Source of the DNA: an uncultured Planctomycetota bacterium
Lineage (GTDB): Bacteria > Planctomycetota > Planctomycetia > Isosphaerales > Isosphaeraceae
Length of the DNA stretch: 64,000 bases
Direction of reading: 5' to 3'
NCBI GenBank assembly: GCA_963737655.1
Contig: CAVTTN010000002.1
Span: 4,064,001-4,128,000, forward strand
A program made the position numbers and the translations under genes. A model generated the notes under the pieces. The model was given only the letters and a program-made list of their open reading frames with translations, was not told the origin of the DNA and did not search any database. This document shows, piece by piece, positions 57,155-64,000 of this stretch; the first letter of the stretch is position 1, and every line of letters begins with the position of its first letter.

Positions 57155-60099
57155 TTTTGCAGATACCGAAACAGGTCGCGGATTTGGGTCTCCGTGAGCG
57201 CGTCCAGCAGGCCCTCGGGCATCACCGAGACGTCGCTCGGCTTGGTCGCCTCGATCTCGGACCGGGCGATCGTCGTCTTCTGCTTCTGAGAATCGAACAG
57301 GACGACGGCCCCGCCCGATTCTTCAATGACCAGCCCCGAGAGCACTCGGCCGTCCTTCAAGGCGAGCGTCTGGCCCTGGTATTCCTTGCGAATTTCCGAC
57401 GAGGGATCGACCAGGCTGTTCAGCAAGAAGTCGAGGTTGCCGCGCTCGGCCCCCGTGAGTTCGGGCCCGATCCGCTCCCCCTCGCCGAACAGGCGATGAC
57501 AGGCCGAGCACGTCTTGAGGAAGACCTCGCGGCCTCGTGAGGCGTCCCCCTTGTCCCCCTCGGGCAAGATCCCGCGAACCTCGGCGATTCGCTTCGCCTT
57601 GCCGGGACCATTCGTCCCCGGGATATGTCCCCAGGCGGCCGCGAGCCTCGACGTCAAATCCGCATCGCCCAGCGCGGCGATCCTGACCGCCTGACCATTG
57701 GTCAAGTCCCTCGCCGCGATCGAGCCCGAGCCGATGGCCTCGACCAGCCGGCTCGCCCAGGTCTTCCGGCCGCAAAGCAGGTCCCTCGCTCGGTCCTTCA
57801 TCGCAGTCGGCCACCTGGCGTATCCGGCGATCAGGGCCTCGGCGACTTCCACGTCGGGGAATGCGGCGAGGGCGTTCAACGCCGAGAGCCTTACGGCCAC
57901 CGGAGAGGTAGAGCTCACGAGCCGGAGGAGGGCCACTCGCCCGTCGGCCGACGGCCTCTGCCCGAGGACTTCGACCAGGCCCGAACGCATCGCCTCGGGC
58001 GTCTTTGGGTCCAGGACCGTTTCGATCGCAAACCGGGACGCCGGGCTGAGGCCGATCCGATTCGCCAGGCGGACGATGGGCAAGCCTCGGTCGCCCCGAT
58101 CCCAGAGGACGCGTACCGCGGTGGCGAGCGACGACGGCACCGACCGTTCCGATCGGCCCTCCAGCCCCTTGTCGATCGCCGAGAGCACGGCCTCCGCCGC
58201 CTCGGGATCGTTCACCGAGGTGAGGAGCCGCGAGGCCCGTTCGAGCGCCTCGGGCGAGCCGTCCTCGGCCAGGGCGCGGGCCATCCGTCCCAGGAGATGG
58301 GTCTTCGTCAGGCGAGCCTCGGGCCCCGGACCGGCGGCGATGGGCCCGAGGCGGTCCACCACGGCCGAGGCATCGGTCCTCATCATCGCCTCGGCCGCCC
58401 ACCAGAGAAGCATCGGCACGTGCGGATCATTGGCATCCTCGGACCTCCTCACGAGATGCTCCAGGATCGGCAATCCCTGGCCCGGCGGCCATCGGCCGAT
58501 CGTCGAGGCGAGCTGGCTCCTCACCCGGACGTCAGGCTCGGCATCGGCCAGGCGAATCAGGCGTTCGATCGTCTCCCCCGAGGGCTTGCCGCCGTCCCCG
58601 ATCAGCCGAACCACCCACCGGCGGACCGCCGGCAGGGCATGGTCCAGGAGGGCCCGGGCCTCGGCCTCGCCGATCCCCCCGCAGGCGTCGAGCGCCCAGA
58701 GGTCGCGCATGGCCAGCTCGGGGTCACGGTCCTCGTCCACCAGGGCCTTCAGCCGGGGGATCGCCGCGGCGTCCTTCCTCTCGAACAGGATTCGCCGGGC
58801 CGTGTCGGCCCACCAGTCGTTCGGCCTGGACCGGAGGTCGATGAGTGCGTCGGTCTTCTCCTTCGAAAGGTCGAACGGGGCAATCTCTCGATGACCGCCA
58901 TACGAAATCTTGTAGATTCGTCCGTTCGAGCGGTCCCAGGTGTCCCGCGGGTCGAGGTGGCTGGCCCTCTTGTCGTACCAATCGACGACGAACACGGAGC
59001 CGTCGGGGCCGGTCAGGAGGTCGATGGGACGGAACCACGGGTCGTGCGAGTCGAGCAAGGTCCCGCCGAGGGTCATCGAGTACGTCGAGCCTTTCGGCGC
59101 GAGCTTGTACCAGTACACCGAGTTCGACAGGAGGTTCGCCCCGAGGAATTGCCCTCGGAACTCGGGCGGAAATGTGTCTCCCTTGTAGATGATCCCTCCC
59201 GGGGTGACGTGCCCGCCGGGCTTCGGGCCGGCGTAGTCGATGCAGTTGAAGTAGCCGTAGGCCCGGGGGTTGTGCAACGGTCCGTGCTTCGCGAACCCCT
59301 TCCAGTAATACCCGCCCTGGACCATGTGGAAGGCCACGAACGAGCCGTTGGAGGAGCCGAAGGCATTGCCCAGGCGGTCGAAGTCGAGCCCCCAGGTGTT
59401 CCCGCCGCCCTCGGCGAAGAGTTCGAACCGCTTCGACTCGGGGTGATATCGCCAGATGCCCTGCTGGAAGCCGATGCCGCGGATGTCGGCGGTGACTGTC
59501 GAACCCTGGGCGCCGTAGAGCCAGCCGTCCGGCCCCCAGGCCAGGGAATTGACCGTCGCGTGGGCGTCTTCCATCCCGAACCCGGCGAGCAAGACTTCGG
59601 GATCGCCGTCGGGCCGGTCGTCGCGGTCGCGGTCGGGATAGAACAGGAGGTAGGGGGCCTGGCCGACGAACACCCCTCCGCGACCCACGGCGATGGCCGA
59701 GGCGAGATTGAGCCCTTCGAGGAACGTCGTGACCTTGTCCGCCTTGCCGTCGCCGTCGGTGTCTTCGAGGATCTTGATCCGATCGGCCCCCCTGGGGCCT
59801 TTCGGCGGCGGATCGGGCATGCGGTCATACTTGGTTCGGAGGTATTGATCGACCTTCACCGGGACCAACCCGGCGGGGTTGGGATATTGAAGGTACTCGA
59901 TGACCCACATCCGCCCGCGTTCGTCGAAGCACGAGGCGACGGGCTGGCGGATCTCGGGCTCGGAGGCGAAGACCTCGACGTCGAATCCGGGAGGCAACGT
60001 CATGGCCCGCTTCGCCGCCTCGGGCGAGAGGCCGCCGCCCCGGGCCACGGTCGTCCCGAGGGTGAGGAGACACGCAATCAGCCGAAAGGATGCCTTCAC
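57151..60099 (-). CDS. PVC-type heme-binding CxxCH protein (membrane-bound dehydrogenase-like)
   Basis: LPPGFDVEVFASEP, DERGRMWV, LEDTDGDGKAD, HEAT-like repeats, CSACH, IGPELT, MPEGL. Confidence 0.93.
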   Translation of the reverse strand: MKASFRLIACLLTLGTTVARGGGLSPEAAKRAMTLPPGFDVEVFASEPEIRQPVASCFDERGRMWVIEYLQYPNPAGLVPVKVDQYLRTKYDRMPDPPPKGPRGADRIKILEDTDGDGKADKVTTFLEGLNLASAIAVGRGGVFVGQAPYLLFYPDRDRDDRPDGDPEVLLAGFGMEDAHATVNSLAWGPDGWLYGAQGSTVTADIRGIGFQQGIWRYHPESKRFELFAEGGGNTWGLDFDRLGNAFGSSNGSFVAFHMVQGGYYWKGFAKHGPLHNPRAYGYFNCIDYAGPKPGGHVTPGGIIYKGDTFPPEFRGQFLGANLLSNSVYWYKLAPKGSTYSMTLGGTLLDSHDPWFRPIDLLTGPDGSVFVVDWYDKRASHLDPRDTWDRSNGRIYKISYGGHREIAPFDLSKEKTDALIDLRSRPNDWWADTARRILFERKDAAAIPRLKALVDEDRDPELAMRDLWALDACGGIGEAEARALLDHALPAVRRWVVRLIGDGGKPSGETIERLIRLADAEPDVRVRSQLASTIGRWPPGQGLPILEHLVRRSEDANDPHVPMLLWWAAEAMMRTDASAVVDRLGPIAAGPGPEARLTKTHLLGRMARALAEDGSPEALERASRLLTSVNDPEAAEAVLSAIDKGLEGRSERSVPSSLATAVRVLWDRGDRGLPIVRLANRIGLSPASRFAIETVLDPKTPEAMRSGLVEVLGQRPSADGRVALLRLVSSTSPVAVRLSALNALAAFPDVEVAEALIAGYARWPTAMKDRARDLLCGRKTWASRLVEAIGSGSIAARDLTNGQAVRIAALGDADLTSRLAAAWGHIPGTNGPGKAKRIAEVRGILPEGDKGDASRGREVFLKTCSACHRLFGEGERIGPELTGAERGNLDFLLNSLVDPSSEIRKEYQGQTLALKDGRVLSGLVIEESGGAVVLFDSQKQKTTIARSEIEATKPSDVSVMPEGLLDALTETQIRDLFRYLQK

Positions 60100-60112
60100 G
60101 GGCGGGGCCTCC

Positions 60113-61453
60113 TCATCTCGGGACCATCCCCAGCAGGCTTTGAGGACTCTCGAACAGGACCGCTCGCGCGATGGCGAGCGAATCGTCTCGCGAATACTGC
60201 CCCTGGTCCTCCTTCTCGGCGAGGACCCGGGCCATCTGTTTGCGGACGATCACGGCCTTAGCATACGTCCATTCGACGCAGTACGCATCGGAGAAGAACC
60301 CGACCTGACGGTTCGTGGGCAGCATGTCGAGCCGTTCCCGGAAGAGGTCGGCGATGGCGGAGGGGAAGAAGCTGTGCCACCAGTAGCCGGCGAGGCTCAG
60401 GTTCGGCAGCTCCCGGGCCAGCGTGCAGAGCGACGGGTTCGCGTGCCGGCTCGCCAGGAAGCACTGGAACCGCAGGCCGGGGTGACGGCCGATCATCGCG
60501 GCGAGGTCGGCGATCGTCCGCTGCGACAGCCTGGCGGCCGTCTCGAACGGCAGGGGCTCGGCCCCGAGGCTGAACTGATAGACGATCTCGTGGCCGTGGC
60601 GCTCCAGGGCGGTCAGGAACGCTTCCTGGATGTACGAGGCGTAGACGTCTCGCTCGGACGGTCCCGCCTTCGGCCTTCGCTTGAGAGCCGACTCCATCTC
60701 GTCGTCGGTCACGTCGGATCGGTAGGCAATATCGGTCGAAATGTGCGTGGCCGTGGAGAGGACGAGGCCATAGGGGATCGCGCCGACGTAGTGGGCGATT
60801 GCGGCGTGGACGTCGTCGAGGGTGCGGATCGTCCGGTCCGTCGGCGGGCGTCGGCCCGAGCCGATCGGCGACGGGCTTTCGGGAGGGCGGCCCCAGCATC
60901 GCTCCAGCTCGTACAGGGCGGTATCGAACTCGCCCCACTGGCCCCGGGTGAAGAAGCCCCATTCGAGGGCGAATTGCAGGCGGTCGTCGTCCTCGCCCGA
61001 GCCTCGGCGGGCGAGTTCCGTGCCCGTTCGCTTCACATTCAGCCGATCGAGGACCGAATGGGCCCAGGAGCGATCGTCGGCCCGTTCGCGGATCGTCGCA
61101 TCGAGGCGCCGCCAGTTCCCCGCGACGATCGGCCGATCCCAATCATAGAGGGCCTTCAGGATGATCCGCACGCCCCACATCGAGCTGGTGTTCCTCGCAT
61201 GATCGAGGAACGGCAGGGCCTCGACGATCCGCGACCCGGCCTCCTCCGGCGACGGCCACTCGGGGAACTGCGAGAGCCTGGCCCCGCTCGGGCATCCGGC
61301 GGAGTACAGGTCGCTGATGACCATGTGATAGAGCAAGACATCGTGCAGGCCCCGGGCCCCGAGCCGCCCTCCCACGAGGTGGGTGTGGGGGTCGAGCATC
61401 GGGACTTCGCCGAGGGCCTCGAACAGCTCGCGGGCCCGGTCCTCGATGCTCAT
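60113..61453 (-). CDS. Amidohydrolase-fold protein (uronate isomerase-like)
   Basis: LDPHTHL, LLYHMVISDLYSAG, AGYWWH, FFSDAY. Confidence 0.8.
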   Translation of the reverse strand: MSIEDRARELFEALGEVPMLDPHTHLVGGRLGARGLHDVLLYHMVISDLYSAGCPSGARLSQFPEWPSPEEAGSRIVEALPFLDHARNTSSMWGVRIILKALYDWDRPIVAGNWRRLDATIRERADDRSWAHSVLDRLNVKRTGTELARRGSGEDDDRLQFALEWGFFTRGQWGEFDTALYELERCWGRPPESPSPIGSGRRPPTDRTIRTLDDVHAAIAHYVGAIPYGLVLSTATHISTDIAYRSDVTDDEMESALKRRPKAGPSERDVYASYIQEAFLTALERHGHEIVYQFSLGAEPLPFETAARLSQRTIADLAAMIGRHPGLRFQCFLASRHANPSLCTLARELPNLSLAGYWWHSFFPSAIADLFRERLDMLPTNRQVGFFSDAYCVEWTYAKAVIVRKQMARVLAEKEDQGQYSRDDSLAIARAVLFESPQSLLGMVPR

Positions 61454-62361
61454 GCTTCCACCGCTCCCTTCAAGAATTCGCCGACGGCGGAGAGGGAGGG
61501 AATCCCCGCCTGGCCGCCCTCTCGGGTGGCCTTGATCGCCGCCGCGGCCGAGGCCAGCTCGATCCGACGGGCCATCGACTCTCCTCGGGCCAGCCCCGCG
61601 GCGTAGGCCCCATGGAAGACGTCGCCGCACCCCGTGGTGTCGATCGCCGCCACCGGGAAGGCCCGTTGATGGGACGGCGGGCCCGAAAGGGACGTGGAAT
61701 GCCAGCAACCCTCGGCGCCGAACGTGACGACGACCGCCGATCGGTCGTCCCTCCACAGCCGAGCGATCATCCCCGCCGGGTCGGATTCCCCGGTGAGTCC
61801 CGAGGCGAAGGTCCGGCTGAGGATCAGGTGGTCGGCCAGGGCCAGGAGTTCGTCGAATCGAGGCCCGTCGGACCTCTCAAAGTCCGCGACGACGGGGATC
61901 CCCGCGGCCCGGGCGATCCGGGCGGCGCGAATCGTGCGGTCGGCGTCGTAGTGGTCGATGAACAGGACCATGGCCGACCGGATCACCGCCTCCGACGGCC
62001 ATTCGCCGCCGAACTCGGCCGATTCGTCGAGCTCGAACAGGATCGTCCGCGTCCCGGCCCCTTCATCGACCACGATCGTCGAGTGGATCGGCCGGGAGCG
62101 GCGATCGGGGTCGAGGTGATCGAGCGAAATCCCCTCGGCGCGGAAGTTGTCGCGGACGAATCGCGACAATTCATCATCACCCAGGCATCCGGCATACGCG
62201 GCCCTCGCACCCAGGCGGGCCGACGCCACGAGCGCCGTGCCGGTCAACCCCCCGCACTGGCGGATTCGCCGACGGACCCGCACCTTCGCATCGGGCGGCG
62301 GGTACTCGGCGACATACAGGAGGTCATCGACGGTCACGATCCCGAGGCCGAGGACGTCCAT
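61450..62361 (-). CDS. PfkB-family carbohydrate kinase
   Basis: GG..TALVASARLG; DTTGCGDVFHGA. Confidence 0.92.
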   Translation of the reverse strand: MDVLGLGIVTVDDLLYVAEYPPPDAKVRVRRRIRQCGGLTGTALVASARLGARAAYAGCLGDDELSRFVRDNFRAEGISLDHLDPDRRSRPIHSTIVVDEGAGTRTILFELDESAEFGGEWPSEAVIRSAMVLFIDHYDADRTIRAARIARAAGIPVVADFERSDGPRFDELLALADHLILSRTFASGLTGESDPAGMIARLWRDDRSAVVVTFGAEGCWHSTSLSGPPSHQRAFPVAAIDTTGCGDVFHGAYAAGLARGESMARRIELASAAAAIKATREGGQAGIPSLSAVGEFLKGAVEA

Positions 62362-63002
62362 CAGAGGCTCGCCAGCCATTGCCTCATCTCCGCCGGGTCG
62401 CCGCCGAACATGAGCGAGCCGGGGACGATCCAGTCCGCTCCGGCCAGGGCCATCCTGGGGACCGTGTCCCGCCGGATTCCGCCGTCCATCTCGATTTCCG
62501 TCTTCAGCCCCTTCGTATGGATCATTTTCCGCGCCTGCATGACCTTGGCGGGCACGGATTCATCCATCGACGCGCCCTTGATCCCCATCGCCGTCCCGAC
62601 GATCGTGAGGACGTCCAGGTCGGGCAGGAACGGCTCGACGAGCTCGAGCCCCTCGGTGATCAGCAGGGACGCGCCGACGAACTTGCCGCGCGACTTCGCG
62701 GCCTCGATCACCCGGCCGGGCTCCTTCGCCGAGTCGAGGCAGAAGAGGAAGCCATCGGCCCCGGCCTCGGCGAACGGCTCGATCCACATCAGGGGATCGA
62801 CCGTCATCAGGTGAACTTCGAGAGGGAGCGCCGTTTTCTTGCGGATCGCGGCGACGAGGTCCGGGAAGAACAACATCGTGGGGACGTAATGGCCGTCGGC
62901 CACGTCCAGGTGGAACCGCTCGGTGAACGGCTCGACGCGCGCGATCTCGGCCGCGAGGCTCGTGAGGTCCGCCGACCACAGGGACGTGGAACACTTCATC
63001 AT
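62361..63002 (-). CDS. rpe: Ribulose-phosphate 3-epimerase family protein
   Basis: SLWSAD, HLDVADGHYVP, EVHLM, EMDGGI, VPGS. Confidence 0.88.
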   Translation of the reverse strand: MMKCSTSLWSADLTSLAAEIARVEPFTERFHLDVADGHYVPTMLFFPDLVAAIRKKTALPLEVHLMTVDPLMWIEPFAEAGADGFLFCLDSAKEPGRVIEAAKSRGKFVGASLLITEGLELVEPFLPDLDVLTIVGTAMGIKGASMDESVPAKVMQARKMIHTKGLKTEIEMDGGIRRDTVPRMALAGADWIVPGSLMFGGDPAEMRQWLASL

Positions 63003-63012
63003 CCGTCACGTC

Positions 63013-63825
63013 TCAATCGAGGAAATGGGTGGAGAGGAATTCGCCCATGAGCCGGATGACATCGTCGGCGTGACGCCCCAGGCTCACCGATTTGGGAGTG
63101 AGCTCGCCGAACGACGCGCCGGGGATCTCGGAGGCGAGATCCAGGCCCGTTTCGTAGGGATGGATGGGGTCCTGGCGGTTGGCCATCACGAGACAGGGCA
63201 TGCGGATCGATCGCCAGGCCGAGCGGTCCGGGCAGGGGCAATCGCGGGGGATGCGTTCGAGCTTCTCGACGGTCTCCTCGGCCCTCGGGTGCGTGAACAT
63301 CCCGATCAGGGCATTTGCCGAATCGGCGGACTCGGCCGCGATCGCCCGGTATTCCTCGGTCGAGCGGAACCGGGCAAGTCCCTCGACGGCCCCCGATTCG
63401 CGGATCAGGCGAGCCATCACGGGGAAGGCCCGGACGTTCTCCGGGAACGGCTCGTCGAGCCACGCCGGACGAGAAAGGACAAGGCCTATCGTGCGGTCGG
63501 GATACCTCGTCGCGAAGTTCAGGGCAAGCCCCGCGCCCATCGAGATCCCGCCGACCACGGCTCGTTGGATCCCGAGATGATCGAGGATGGCAAGCAGGTC
63601 GTCGGCGAAGGCGCGAAACGAGAGCTTCTCCGGGTCGCCGAGAGGCCGGGTCTCGCCGTGATACCTTGCGTCGAAGGAGAGGACGCGGACGCCGTCCGGG
63701 GGAGGAAACAGGGCCGTGGGGATGGTCAAGTCCCCTCCGAGTCCGTGCTGGAAGACGACGGGGAGGCCGGCTTCGGAATCGGAGAGGCGGAACGTCAGGC
63801 CGTCGTGAGAGAGGGTCCGGATCAT
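63013..63825 (-). CDS. Alpha/beta hydrolase
   Basis: VFQHGLGG, DARYHG, GISMG, DPIHP. Confidence 0.9.
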   Translation of the reverse strand: MIRTLSHDGLTFRLSDSEAGLPVVFQHGLGGDLTIPTALFPPPDGVRVLSFDARYHGETRPLGDPEKLSFRAFADDLLAILDHLGIQRAVVGGISMGAGLALNFATRYPDRTIGLVLSRPAWLDEPFPENVRAFPVMARLIRESGAVEGLARFRSTEEYRAIAAESADSANALIGMFTHPRAEETVEKLERIPRDCPCPDRSAWRSIRMPCLVMANRQDPIHPYETGLDLASEIPGASFGELTPKSVSLGRHADDVIRLMGEFLSTHFLD

Positions 63826-63836
63826 GGGTCTTGCTC

Positions 63837-64000
63837 TCAGATGGCCTCCAGGAACGCATTCAGGACGTGTCGGGCGCCTCGCTGGACGTCGCCCTCGGGC
63901 AAGCCGTGGAGGATCACGGTCCGGTCCGTCAGCCCGTGATGGACGCAGAGGCGGGCGACTCGGACGAAGTCGAGGACGCCGTCTCCGGGGGCGAGGTCCC
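63837..64000 (-). CDS. Sugar-phosphate isomerase/epimerase (TIM barrel), 3' end
   Basis: Manual translation APGDGVLDF...VILHGLPE...FLEAI*; sugar-catabolism operon context. Confidence 0.6.
   Translation of the reverse strand, partial: DLAPGDGVLDFVRVARLCVHHGLTDRTVILHGLPEGDVQRGARHVLNAFLEAI

Overview
GC-rich bacterial DNA, probably from a planctomycete (inferred from a PVC-type heme-binding CxxCH protein, a planctomycete-style cyclophilin and GYF_2/FGE-domain proteins). The window has two compartments. (1) Bases 1 to ~46020 are a decaying integrated island next to the 3' end of tRNA-Gln(CTG), with a tyrosine integrase and excisionase-like gene at its right end. The island is almost free of CGCG, is rich in pseudogenes and carries IS66, ISAzo13 and IS3 insertions. 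(2) Bases ~46090-64000 are intact core genes. The island holds two notable systems. The first is a diversity-generating retroelement. Its TR (420-539) and VR (1399-1518) differ at 20 positions, 19 of them TR adenines. It targets a 2006-aa Ser/Thr kinase-STAND ATPase-TPR-FGE/CLec protein, but avd and the RT are joined by a deletion, so it appears frozen. The second is an array of about 12 co-oriented small genes (ardC, a ParB-like gene, an ATPase, unknowns). Each is preceded 34-48 nt upstream by the oriented 10-mer ACACCGCCCA, often followed by a hairpin. I found 18 exact copies in the island and none in the core, which suggests an uncharacterised island regulon or gene-cassette system. All counts are manual reads of the sequence.
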